64,000 nt of DNA from Macrostomum lignano (Eukaryota): positions 1 to 64,000 of the forward strand of contig NIVC01000184.1 in the NCBI GenBank assembly GCA_002269645.1, in the 5' to 3' direction. Each line of letters opens with the position of its first letter. Position 1 is the stretch's first letter. Both the position numbers and the translations under genes were made by a program. A model generated the notes under the pieces. The model worked only from the letters and a program-made list of their open reading frames with translations, was not told where the DNA came from and did not search any database. Below, piece after piece: positions 1 through 12,023 of this stretch.

Positions 1-1984
1 TGTCGGCGCCACCTCAAACTGACAAACGTCACAGAAGTAAAATTTTTGAAAACTGCTGCATCACATTGTAGCTGCTCTTTCACATTTAATTGTTACATAT
101 AGTAACTAACATAGAAATGGATAAATAATAGATAAAAAATATATTCATAAGCCAATGATTCAAGCTGTAAGTGATATTTGTATATTTTAAGGCAATTGCA
201 GTACATACATGTCATACATACTATCGTAACGAATTATGTTGATAGGATATAAAATTAAGATATAACTGTAAAATCATAATTTTATAAACGAAAAGATATA
301 TTACTATCAATTGAGCTATAAGAAAGGCAAGTCATATCAAAGTATGAAAGACTAGGTCTCAAATATTCCGGAACGCTAAGATATACGCTACAGGGTCTAA
401 AGCAAGTTTATAAATTTTTGTATTTTTTAGTTTTATTTTATTGTCAAAAATAAAATAAAACTATAGAAATAACCTTTTTAGATTTTTTTAAACTTTAAAT
501 ATAGCAAATTTTGTTAAAAGTACTTAAGGTTATATTTTGAGCTGGCTATTTTATAGGAAATGCTTTACGCTCAAATAAACTAACGTCAGTCGTCAAGTCA
601 AGTCAAAAATATATCAATCGATTGTGTAGTTACTTGGTGAAGCAAATGATTCAAGCAAGAAAGAAAAGTATGTTGCTTTTATTTCCGTTTTAATTATAAA
701 TTGTATTTTTTACTATTTTTATTTTTTACCGATCGAAACATGTATACTATATATCTAGGAGTATCCAAGTCTAGATGTAGGCCTAGCACATTTAATTTAA
801 TAAAAAATGTTTTTAAATTTACAAAATCATTGCAGAAGGCAGACTTAATAGTAGAAATTTCAGTAGGATTGCTGAATAGCTATAATTTGAGCTTTATTAG
901 TTACTTAAAAACTCGCAGGTGGGAAGACAATAAACAATATTTTTACCTTTAAGTTAGGTCTATACTATAAAAATAAGACAAGTAATATCAACCATTAATC
1001 TCTAATTTATGTTGTGATTGTTTTTAAAACAAAACGAATTTTTTTTGTCCCTTAAAAGAAAGAAAATCATTTTACTAAAAGCATTTATTGGACTTCTCCA
1101 AGTTTAGATAAAGGACTATAAAAACTGCTACTAATTTATTAACCTTAACTTGCCATAGTCCAGATCACGGCAGGTGTATGCCAGAATAAAGATTCTAGTT
1201 TTTAAAATTCAATGCCAAAGTTCTATATAAATAAAAAAATTATGACAAGCATGAAGTTGCTTATATGCCAACTTTATTTAGAAAGTATCTTTTTTATAAA
1301 TAAGAGTTTTTCTAAACTAAAAAACATTTGTTCTTTGCTAGAACCTGGTATTCTTTGTTTTACTATTGTTTTCCTTCTAAGTTTTGTTATTATTTTCCAT
1401 TTTTTTCTGATTATTTAAAAAACCTCTTTGATTGATTTTAACTATATTATAGATACTTAGCCTAACAATGAACAAATTGCCTATTTTTGTATGCAAAATA
1501 TATAAACTAATGTTGAATCTGAAAATTATATATGCAAATGTACACCAAGATTGTCAGCAAGGATAAAACATGCTGGAAAATTCCAGCATAAAGGCTACCT
1601 TCTGGACTATGGTCTCTAACTAGATCTTTAGTTGGGAAAATAGCCTTCTTCATAGAAAATTCTGGCACAAAAAGGGTTAACCATATGTTGCACCAGTGCA
1701 TTCTAATGCAACAGCAAGCAGGGAGAAAAAATCTGGCACAATATAGCACAAAAATGGTACAATTTGGTACAAAACAAAGAAAAATGATTTGACAATATTT
1801 TTACTAACAAAGTTAGTGCCTTTTTGTTTGCTAGTATATTGATAGCTTTTTTAATTAAACTAAGTCAACATTGTAGTTTCTATGAAACATATTTAAATAA
1901 AATCTATCAATATTTTTTATTTGAAAAGTATTGATGACTTTAGGCTTCTATATAATAAAAATGATTTGTTAGTAGGTAGGGCCT

Positions 1985-2155
1985 ATCTAGATATATGATC
2001 AATTTAAAAAAAATGGCTCAAACCAATTTTCTTCAAACTTGCACCATTCAATTAGACATTTTTCTATGACGGTATATGCCTCGTGGCTAAGAAATTGCTT
2101 GATGCTAAAGGAATTATATATTTGAAAAACATGCTTTTTTGCTAAGGTCAAGCAA
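1985..2155 (+). repeat. Dispersed repeat copy A (CpG-decayed; possibly Helitron/Helentron-derived non-autonomous element)
   Basis: Aligns by eye with 29615-29760 (aaaaYggctcaa.ccRattttcttcRaacttgcac...gtggctaagaaattgctYgatgctaaag). The family assignment is only a resemblance. Confidence 0.6.
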
Positions 2156-2570
2156 AGTTTTCAACTTGAAATGCATTGTAAGAATGCTAGAGAAAAACCT
2201 AACTGGTTGAATTCTGATTCTAAAATAGATTGTAGCACACTAGGCTTTTTATTTATCCAGTCTTTGTGTACTAGCTATGTTGAAAATGCAGCATGAAAGC
2301 ATAGCACAAGACTTGATTTATAGTGTGTAACCCTATTTTGCTAACTTTAATAGCAACTAGTTTTGACTTGCCTGAATAATTGATTATGTCATCATTGCTC
2401 TGTGTGACATTAACTGATTTGGTGTGAGTATTACATTATATAAGGCTACAAATTCATTTTATAAATTTGATGAGAGTTAGCCTAGAGGTGAACAGACTAA
2501 ACTTCTAATGCAGAAACCTAGGTTCAAGTCTTAGTGGTATAAAATAATTTTTTATTGAAAGATAAATCAA

Positions 2571-2790
2571 GGATTTTTGCACTTATTAAGCCAAGGATTA
2601 TTGTACTTGATAAACCAAGGATTATTGCATTTGAAAGCCAGGGATTATTGCACTTGATAAACCAAGGATTACTGCATTTGATAAACCCATGATTATTGAA
2701 CTTGATAAACCAAGGATTATTGCATTTGATAAACCAAAGATCATTGCACTTGATAAACCAAGGATCATTGCACTTAATAAACCAAGGATT
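2571..2790 (+). repeat. 24-bp minisatellite (attattgcacttgataaaccaagg), about 9 copies
   Basis: Tandem units are visible; the same unit recurs at 3665-3890. Confidence 0.85.
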
Positions 2791-3664
2791 ATGTTATGCT
2801 CCTTCCCAAGTTCTATTAGTTGTACCTAAAATAAACTTGCTGCTCCAGAAGTTGTTAGATTGTACCTCTGTACTACCTATCAATTTGCCTAAAAGAAACC
2901 TTAAACATTAGCCTTAGACTTGGTAGGGTTGCTGCCACCTTGGTTTGTACACTAAACTTGTCAGATGAGTTATCTATCTATAACCTAAAATAAAATATTA
3001 AAGTTTCTCAAAGCAAAGCAAATCTGAAAATGTCTCAACAGTTAATTGGCAAAGTTCCTAAAATTGTTGCTCAAACCTGAAAACTTGTAAGCCTGAAATG
3101 AGAGAAGGGGAGCTCCTTGCAAGTGGAGGCAGAGAGGAGATTCTGGTCTTCTAAGGAACACCTCTGAGGAAAAATAGCTCCCAGGTGCTCCATATTTATA
3201 GCCAAGCAGACCCCCAAAAGTCACATGAGTTTCATGCAGTGAGCACATGAACTTCCTTATTTGGGCCTCAGAGTCATGTTAAAAAGGTATGCTTCAAGGC
3301 CAACTTCCAAATAAGGTAATCATGCCAGGCAACATTGGCGTGACTCAAGGTCAGATGCCACACACCATACTGTATGTGTATGCAGTCACATGCTTTAGTG
3401 TGCTAAAAATATATTTGGGGGGATGAGTCTTCTGTTTACTCCCTTCAAGCAACTATTACACTCCATGCATCGGTGGGAAAAACATTGTGTGTAGCTACCT
3501 GCATACCAGCTTAGGCGATGAGTCATTAGGCAATAAACACTTAGGCCTAGCACAAGGTATCTCTCCTTAGATCAGGCAGACTAAACTGCTGTGCAGCAGA
3601 ACACAGAGCACCTAGGAAAAGCTAGTGAATGCTGCTAAAAAGCCTGTTTGTAGCCAGTCAGTAC

Positions 3665-3890
3665 AATTATTGCACTTGATAAAACAATGATCATTGAACT
3701 TTGTAAAACAAAGATTATTGCACTTGACAAGCCAAAGATTATTGCACTTGATAAGCCAAGGATTATTGCACTTGATAAGCCAAGGATTATTGCACTTGAT
3801 AAACCAAGAATTATTGTACTTGATAAGCCAAGGAATATTGCACTTGATAAACCAGGGATCATTCCACATTAAACCAAAGAATTATTGCAA
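3665..3890 (+). repeat. 24-bp minisatellite, second array of the same unit in the same orientation
   Basis: Tandem units; explains the 8-aa periodic ORF (IIALDKPR). Confidence 0.85.
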
Positions 3891-4943
3891 TGGCTTTGAA
3901 AGGGACTTTTGAACTAGCTGAGATATCAATTTTTGCAATCTTTGCAATCTAGTGAAAGTTTAAAAAATAATTTAAGTATTTTATTTTATCCTGTCTAAAC
4001 TTGAAGAAGTCATTTGAAAAGTTTTTGGTAAAAAAGACTTAGGGCCTAAAAAGTTTTATATATAATAAATAGAAGAATATTTTATTTAATAGGTCCAACT
4101 TAGGTCCAACAAGTATTCAAAAAATGAAATATTAATTTTATAATTATACTTTTATATTAACAGCTATTTCCTATTGTAGACTCAATACTTTTTTAATATA
4201 ATAAGTAAGTCCATGATCTATAGCCATTAGCCCATTTTTCCCACTTTTTATATCATATTTAGGTTTAATAATTTATTAAGCTATTGCAATTTTCTATACC
4301 TATCCTATTTAGATATGCCTAAAACTTTATTAGACCTATCTTAGCCTTAAGCCTATTTTTTTAGCCTAGCTAAACCATATTTATAACCAGTAAGTATGTG
4401 CTTAAATAATTTTTATTATATTTTATGTGATGATTTTAAATGCATTACATCAAAAAACATAGCATGTGCCAAATTGTTGCTAGTCAATGTCATATATTAG
4501 GCTTATATTGAATTTAGACTTACTGCTAAACTATGGCTTATCATAAATTACATATATCTAGTATTTTAAAATATTGTTTTATTTTATTATTGATAACTAA
4601 TAAAACTATAAGAGACTATTTATATTGAGATAAGATAGGATATGCTATAAAATTATCAATATAAATTTAGTTTGGCAATTTAAGTTGGCAAAGTTGTTAT
4701 AATATTTTTATTGACAGTATAATTTTTATAAGAAATCATTAAAATACTTTGTGTAAATTGATATTAATTTTTTGAATCATCCATTTTTTGTTTTGGCATA
4801 TCTGGGCTTTGGCTGCTAATTCCTAGGTCTTGTTTGTCAATAATCAGATTAATTTAGCATTTGCTATTTTTATAGTACTTGAATATTTTTAATTGAAAGT
4901 TGTGCCTTCGAATAATGCATAAACTATTTTCTATTTCGCACAG

Positions 4944-5101
4944 AGCTCACTGAAAATGGCCCAATCCACGAGCAGCACTTGCAGTCAGGTATTCAATTCT
5001 TAGTGAAGTACAGTGGCTCCCAGCTTATTGAAGATATTCGCCCTGGTCAGCAGTTCTCCGCCACTGCTGTGTCAGCTGCCATTCAAACTCTGCTGGACTT
5101 T
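4944..5101 (+). CDS. PTB/PID-domain adaptor (LDLRAP1/ARH-like), internal exon; upstream exon(s) not identified
   Basis: cgcacag|AG acceptor and TTT|gtaagc donor. Encodes (E)LTENGPIHEQHLQSGIQFLVKYSGSQLIEDIRPGQQFSATAVSAAIQTLLDF, matching the PTB start pattern G-x-x-F-x-x-K-Y-x-G. Confidence 0.8.
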
Positions 5102-5154
5102 GTAAGCTGTGTTCATAACAGTAGTTTGTACTTTATACTTTATAACTCTTATTA

Positions 5155-5435
5155 CCATTTATCTCCCATATCTTCTCCCATCCCATCTCCCATACCATTT
5201 CCCATCCCATCTCCCATATCTTCTCCGATACCATCTCCCATCCCATCTCGCATCCCATCTCCTATCCCATCTCCCATACCATTTGCCATCCCATATCCCA
5301 TATCTTCTCCCATACCATCTCCCATCCCATCTCCCATCCCATCTCGCATTCCATCTCCTATCCCATCTCCTATCCCATCTCCTATCCCATCTCGCATACC
5401 ATCTCCTATCCCATCTTCCATCCCTCCTCCCATTC
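5155..5435 (+). repeat. Intronic 12-bp minisatellite (ccatctccYatc)
   Basis: Tandem units; source of the PSPI-repeat ORFs. Confidence 0.85.
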
Positions 5436-5535
5436 ATTCTCCCACCCTCTTTATCCCTTCCCATCCCTTCTCCTACTCCTTCATCAATATAAAATTGCAC
5501 CGCTAGCAGCCCTCAACCCCACCTGGACCAATCAG

Positions 5536-5790
5536 AATCGCAAAGCTCGTCACCGGTCTACGCCGGCCGTCCTGACCCTGTCCATCCGGGGCATCGAGCT
5601 ACGGAGCGTCGCTCCCCAGCCGGACCCCGCGGCCACAGACTCTCACTCTGTGTTAGTGAAGTCCGGCATCGAGCGGATTGCCTACTGCACAGCCGATAAG
5701 CGAAATAATCGAGTGTTTGGCTTTGTTGCAAGAAATCAGATCAACGAAACTGTGGAACTGCATGTCTGCAAATGCGCCAACCAGAAAGAG
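5536..5790 (+). CDS. PTB/PID-domain adaptor (LDLRAP1/ARH-like), internal exon
   Basis: ccaatcag|AAT is a phase-0 acceptor; GAG|gttcga donor. Encodes NRKARHRSTPAVLTLSIRGIEL...IERIAYCTADKRNNRVFGFVARNQINETVELHVCKCANQKE, which resembles ARH ISYCTADKMHDKVFAYIAQ..LECH as recalled. Confidence 0.85.
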
Positions 5791-5842
5791 GTTCGACGAT
5801 TTTACATGGCTTGTTATAGGCGGGTAGATGGATCCCGGCCCC

Positions 5843-7050
5843 GGTAGATTGTAGATAAAGGCGGTAGATTGTAAATAGAGACTGTAGATTGTAGATAGAT
5901 ATGGTAGATTGTAGATAGAGACGGTAGATTGTAGATAGGGACGGTAGATTATAGATAGAGGTGGTAGATTGTAGATAGAGGTGGTAGATTGTAGATAGAT
6001 AGAGACGGTAGATTGTAGATAGAGATGGTAGATTGTAGATAGAGATGGAAGATTGTAGATAGAGGTGCTAGATTGTAGATAGGGACAATAGATTATAGAT
6101 AGAGATGGTAGATTATAGATAGAGATGGTAGATTGTAGATAGAGATGCTAGATTATAGATAGAGATGGTAGATTATAGATAGAGATGGTAGATTGTAGAT
6201 AGAGATGCTAGATTATAGATAGAGATGGAAGATTGTAGATAGAGGTGCTAGATTGTAGATAGGGACAATAGATTATAGATAGAGATGGTAGATTATAGAT
6301 AGAGATGCTAGATTGTAGATAGAGATGCTAGATTGTAGATAGAGATGCTAGATTGTAGATAGAGATGCTAGATTGTAGATAGAGATGCTAGATTGTAGAT
6401 AGAGATGCTAGATTGTAGATAGAGATGATAGATTCTAGATAGAGACGGTAGATTGTAGATAGAGATTGTAGATTGTAGATAGAGATGGTAGATTGTAGAT
6501 AGAGATGGTAGATTGTAGATAGAGATGGTAGATTGTAGATAGAGATGGTAGATTGTAGATAGAGATGCTAGATTGTAGATAGAGATGCTAGATTGTAGAT
6601 AGAGATGCTAGATTGTAGATAGAGATGCTAGATTGTAGATAGAGATGCTAGATTGTAGATAGAGATGCTAGATTGTAGATAGAGATGATAGATTCTAGAT
6701 AGAGACGGTAGATTGTAGATAGAGATTGTAGATTGTAGATAGAGATGGTAGATTGTAGATAGAGATGGTAGATTGTAGATAGAGATGGTAGATTGTAGAT
6801 AGAGATGGTAGATTGTAGATAGAGATGGTAGATTGTAGATAGAGATGGTAGATTGTAGATAGGGACGGTAGATTGTATTGTAGATAGGGACGGTAGATTG
6901 TAGATAGGGACGGTAGATTGTAGATAGGGACGGTAGATTGTAGATAGGGACGGTAGATTGTAGATAGGGACGGCAGATTGTAGATAGGGACGGCAGATTG
7001 TAGATAGGGACGGCAGATTGTAGATAGGGACGGCAGATTGTAGGCAGAGA
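5843..7050 (+). repeat. Intronic 20-bp minisatellite (gtagattgtagatagagatg), about 60 copies
   Basis: Tandem units fill almost the whole 5791-7116 intron. Confidence 0.95.
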
Positions 7051-7116
7051 TGCAGAGTAGATCATACAGATGGCATAGTGGAGTCACCAGCCGCAGAATC
7101 TCCGACGCCCCCGCAG

Positions 7117-7332
7117 CCAGTTCAGCTGGCCTATTCACTGAACGAAGCGTTCAAAGTTGCCGCAAGAAATCTAGCGGAGCAGCAACGGCAGCAACCGCAC
7201 GGCCTCGCGGCTGCGAGCATAGATGAGCAGCCGTTGGTTTGGTGCGAGGCCCAGGCTCGAACCCTGTCCGCTTCACGGGCCGACTCTTCAGCCTCGGAGC
7301 TTCAGAGCGGTTGGGTTCAGTTTTCAGCTTGA
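7117..7332 (+). CDS. PTB/PID-domain adaptor, terminal exon
   Basis: ccccgcag|CCA phase-0 acceptor. PVQLAYSLNEAFKVA completes the PTB C-terminal helix (ARH AQAVTLTVAQAFKVA). Ends ...SGWVQFSA*. Confidence 0.85.
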   Translation, partial: PVQLAYSLNEAFKVAARNLAEQQRQQPHGLAAASIDEQPLVWCEAQARTLSASRADSSASELQSGWVQFSA

Positions 7333-7393
7333 TTTTTTATTAAAATGTAAATGGGATTTTGTTTTGTTTGTTGGCATGTAATTGGAATTACAC

Positions 7394-7720
7394 AGTGGTC
7401 ATAGATGATCAAACGAATTCCACATTGGTCATAGATGGTCAAACGAATTCAAAATTGGTCATAGATGATCAAACGAAATCGAAATTGGTCATAGTTGGTC
7501 AAACAAATTCCACATTGGTCATAGATGGATGGTCAAATGAATTCGAAATAGGTCATTGATGATCAAACGGATTCCATATTGGTCATAGGTGATCAAACAG
7601 ATTCCTCATTGGTCATAGATAGTTGGTCAAACGAATTCCACATTGGTCATAGATTATTAAACGAATTCAAAATTGGTCATAGATGATCAAACGAATTCGA
7701 AATTTGGTCATAAATTGACA
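7394..7720 (+). repeat. 30-bp minisatellite (attggtcatagatgatcaaacgaattccac), about 11 copies, just 3' of the PTB gene stop
   Basis: Tandem units are visible. Confidence 0.85.
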
Positions 7721-9077
7721 AACTGGCGAATATTTACTCGGCCTTAATTTAAAAATTCATTGAAATGTTTTATCGGTGATATGAGTATTTATAATTTTTT
7801 ATTGAAATTTGCAACATTTGATTTGCCTTCTTATTCTTTGTCGACAAAACTTGTTTTAAACGCAGCTGCTCTGCTTTTGAGGGCATTATTGAGAATGCGA
7901 AATATTTGTTAAACAGAGCAGATCAATATAAAGTTCCCTCCCTGCTAATTAGTTTACTCTTTTGTATAAGCTTTTTATTATTATTTAGCTTTTTTATCTG
8001 CTCTGCCTTTGCAGATAGTTCACACATTTAATTTATTTGTTACTTGCACCTGTAAGGCCATTTTTACTGAGCATCCTGTCAGATGCTCGTCTCGAGCTGT
8101 CTTAATCTCTGTGCTATTTGGTTAGTTGAGTGCTAATTAATAAAACACGCACTATGTAAATTTCAAGATAAATTCCGTAAATTACGATGGAAACCTTTAT
8201 CGTTGTTTTCGCAATTCTTCTTTTTGTTTTATTCGTAGAATTATCTTAAAAAACATTTTAAGAACTACTTTTGGTATGTAGTAGTATAGTGAAAATTGTG
8301 TTGTAGTTGACGGGTGAAATTTTGCGCTTTGATTTGCATCTGTATCAAAAGATCCCTGCGAACTTTTTATTTCTAGTGTAGCTGGGTGGACTAAGGCTTC
8401 AGATAGCTGAATTAAATTCCTTTTAAAAAGTTTCTTAGGCTTCTTGCTGCCCGATTTCGAGTTCGAGTTAGGAAAAATATGATTAAAGCTGCTACTTGAT
8501 CTGTGCTTCAGTGATGATAGCGTCTAAGAACTTTCTGCCAAGCTCTACGAACGCTCGTAATGACGCACTACAATGATCATCTGGCACATCTGGGTAATCT
8601 GAAACTGTACAGTAATTATCTGACGCATCTATCAGTGACCTTCAGTGATATTATTGGCTGCAGGAGGGCTATGGGCACCCTGACACAGCGCCTTCATGGG
8701 TCAGGGTGGAAGAGTTGTAAAATTCCATTTCGTCTCTTGAGCAATCTCGTATAATGTATACTGCAGGTGATGCGTTTACCTTTAATTACATGTAACCCTT
8801 ATCCGCCGTGTCGTCGGATCCTTTTTACAAAGAATTTCGATTTGCTTCCACATGTATTTGGTGCAATTTATTAATTCCAGCATAACTGATGACTGACCTG
8901 TTTGATAAGCAGTGTCCTCATTTATCAAAGTTTATAATTTATGCTCGCTCACGGTTGCTTTGCGGCAGTTTAATTAATGCATACTGGAACGTCCATGTCG
9001 CATACAACTTTGTCGGAAAAGTCAAGGGTAGGGATTCATGTCACGGGATTAATTACTCCCTTTACTCGATTAGCTAA

Positions 9078-9470
9078 TTAATCTCCCACAAGGGCCGCTT
9101 CCGATGAAAGAATGTCTTCTTGTGTCGTGTTACAACAGCATGATGATGGTCGATCAGCTGCTGTGGAACCCGACTGGTCCGCAGGACGAATGACACGGCA
9201 AAGCGCGAGGATCAGGGTCACTGTACCGCGTTGCGGCCGGAACCGGTAACGGGAGGGAAGGTACGGGTCCAGTTGCACCGACTGCAGACCGTCGAGCAGC
9301 AGCCAATTAAAAAGGTTCGCGGTGCAGGACATCAGCGAGATCCCCTGGTTGTCTTCTTTCCTCGTCGTCCTGGTCTTCTTTGGAATTGGCACGATTCGCT
9401 GTGTACAACTCGTGAGCGCGTCGTTCGTCATCACGCTTGCAACTTGGGAAGCCAAATAGCAAAGCTGCAA
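9078..9470 (-). mobile_element. Degenerate non-LTR (RTE-like) reverse transcriptase fragment; remnant may extend about 8560-9950
   Basis: IVPIPKK...NQGISLMSCTANLFNWLLLDGL...LDPYL..RYRFRPQRGTVTLILALCRVI matches the LINE RT domains 0-2 pattern (IIPIPK...NYRGISL...LNR...LDP.L...Q.GFRP.RST..QILALRRII). Truncated. Confidence 0.8.
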
Positions 9471-11754
9471 AACTTCGACCGGGACTTCCTTCGGCCCTAG
9501 CGCCTTGCCGCCAGGTGTTTTACGAGCGAAAAACCCCGCGTCTTTTGTGGTAATTGGGCTGGTGCAGAAGTTCTCAGCAGGCGCGTTTAATGCATATACT
9601 CTGGTCTACTTCACTTTACTTTAGAAAAAAAATTAAGATGTCGCGCAATTTCATTCCTGCGCTCCTCCGCGCAGCCACGTGCGTTTTTCACCCAGTCAAG
9701 GTCGGCTGCAGTGATGGATCGGATGGCGTCCTCGACAGCAGCCTTCTGCAGCTCATCCAGTCGACGCGTAAAAGGCCTCAGTTTCTCTTAAGGCGTTCGA
9801 TTTGAGCTGCGTCTGTCTGATGGCTGGGTCGCTCCTCTGTCAGTTGCTCACGACGATGCTGGTGTCTGCATACAAGCGCGCCAGCGAAGGCATCCGCAAA
9901 CTGTGCTTTTTGTGCAGGAGTCCAGCAGAGTGCGGTACTAGAGCTGGTCTTTGAGTCGACATTCTAATAATTCGCAAAACATTCCATCTACATTCCTTTT
10001 TAGCGCTATCGACTTTTCACTTCAATGGACAAGCCTTCCAGGTCTCTGTATTTCGACTCTGGATTTTCTTATTAATAATTCTTTTTTTGTCACCCATGTG
10101 TTTCTTCTGAGCCCAAAAGCGCCATGCCAGAATAAAGCCGACCAAAAAAATGATCACAAACTATTTAATGGTTCTTGCTTTCATCTTAGCATGCTTGACA
10201 GGATATACAGGATAAGCATTGCTTTCACAGCTAAGATGCTCCAATATTTCAATGCTCGTCACGAAACTGACAGGAGCAGCTCACAGTGCTACTCAGCGCC
10301 TTTACAGCCGCTTGGATCCGGCAGAAAGAAACGCATTATTTAAATCGAAAAGTTAAGACTGAGGGAATCGGCACGAATTTGTAAATTCTCAAGTCGCGAT
10401 TGTTATTCGACATGCTAACAAATTAAACAAATAACACAATGCCACATTTTATCAAGTGTGTTTCCTGTGCTTACCAACCATATACCAGAGTGCTTTCTAC
10501 AAGTTGTTGCGTTAGCACTGAATTGGCCAACGAAATCGAAACGAACACTTTGTCCTTCCAGGTCTGCGTGCTCGACTACATCAAGGATGCGGGGCGTTGA
10601 AGGACAGCCGATGAAAACTCCAGTTCGTTTAACTTGGCGGTCTAGTTCCCGACAGTTCAAACGAAGGTATATGGCATTTTCCTGGCCTGGACTGTCTTTT
10701 GTTCCGTGAAGGCAGCGACGGCGACTCCAGCTGGCAGGCCGCACCATCCATGCCGGTGCGCAGGCAGGCAAAAATAGGCACGTGCGGTTTTCACATAGCA
10801 GCTTCCTGATTCTCAGGTGTGTTCATGGACCCCTCTTTAGATGCCCTAATTAATTGCCTTTATCAGTTCTTATAGAGTAAACTGATTAGACATTCTGTAT
10901 CAAGATTACGCTTGCCAATTGGGCATAGTTATTAGATTAGCTAAATTTTTATTAGTTCCTAGAAAGGCATGGGTTAATCGAATTCCACAGTTAATTGGTT
11001 TAGCATTGGTCTCCTCAGCAGTAGCATGGCCTAAATCAAAATTTAATAAGTGGGCCTGCAAAGATCGCATATGGCAGACCTAAAAACCGAGAAATCCTGG
11101 AAAATTTGCCTGCAGATGGTATTAAGATGCTAATGAATATTGAGGCTCGGTTGAAAAAAGGAAGCTTCTAGCAACAATTGGATTCAAAAGCCCTGCACAG
11201 ACACCTTGAGGAATTATTCACTTGTAGCCAGAGTGATTTTAATACTTTGCCTGTTTGCTATATAGCTAGGTTTTTATATGGTTTTTACTGCGCAAAAACT
11301 GAAATCAACGGATCAATTTGGTTTATCAAGCGAACATAAATCTCCAAACCTATATGCTTTCGCTATCCTCTATCTGTCCACCAGACTGATTTTAGCTTAT
11401 GGTCCTCTGTGTCATTATTTTACTTTAGCCATGCCTTCAGCTACCTCAGGACCAAACCTCTGCTACATGTACCACGCTGACACGTCAGACCAAAAACACA
11501 AGGAATATTGCTATAATAAATTGTTCAATCCAATCTCCTTCCTCCATCACCACTTCCATAGACTTTGATATAAAGATAATATAATACCCCCATCAGAATT
11601 GTTTCTTGTTCTAAAGGATTGGTTTCGGATTGCTTCTCCATAGGCCATAGCCATAATCAGCTCATGGACTACTTCACCTTTTTCAATTCAATTTTCATCA
11701 AAGTCATATTTAACTTAGTATAGCGGACATTAATCTCACAGTTCTATAGATACA

Positions 11755-12023
11755 GTGTATCTTAGTGGCCAGAGTGTCAGCCTCACAACTGAAATGTCGG
11801 GGTTCGATTCTCGACCCACTCGGAACAATTCGTGTCATTGAGTAAGACACTTAACTCTGCATTGCTTCAGTTCACCCAGCTGTAAAATGGGTGCCAGCAT
11901 TAGCTGGGGTAATCGAGGGTGTGTGTGTGCGACCCCCAGTCCTTGGACTGAACAGCCGTACGCAGCCTTTAGATGCGCCGCGCCAATACCCATTAAAGCA
12001 GGTGTAATAAAATATTAATTATT
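11755..12023 (+). mobile_element. tRNA-derived SINE with CORE-like central domain, copy 1
   Basis: A-box-like tagtggccagagtg and B-box ggttcgattctc. Central gagtaagacacttaac...cttcagttcacccagctgtaaaatggg; tail gcaggtgtaat plus ATT-rich end. Further copies at 30343, 31110 and 56038. Confidence 0.85.

Noticed and set aside
1139-1680. Possible piggyBac-type ends (TTAAcc... / ...aaagggTTAA)
   Set aside because: The left end matches the right TIR poorly; cannot be supported without a family consensus.
2484-2545. A/B-box-like tRNA remnants (also 62250-62295 and 62635-62690 on the minus strand)
   Set aside because: Too degenerate to fold; probably old SINE heads, not tRNA genes.
5090-5101. LLDF as a clathrin box
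   Set aside because: It lies within the predicted PTB helix and lacks the following acidic residue.
5501-5510. Acceptor candidates cgctag/cag at 5506 and 5509 for the second PTB exon
   Set aside because: They are out of phase with the gtaagc donor at 5102. The acceptor at 5535 is in phase and gives ARH-like spacing; RNA-seq is needed to confirm.
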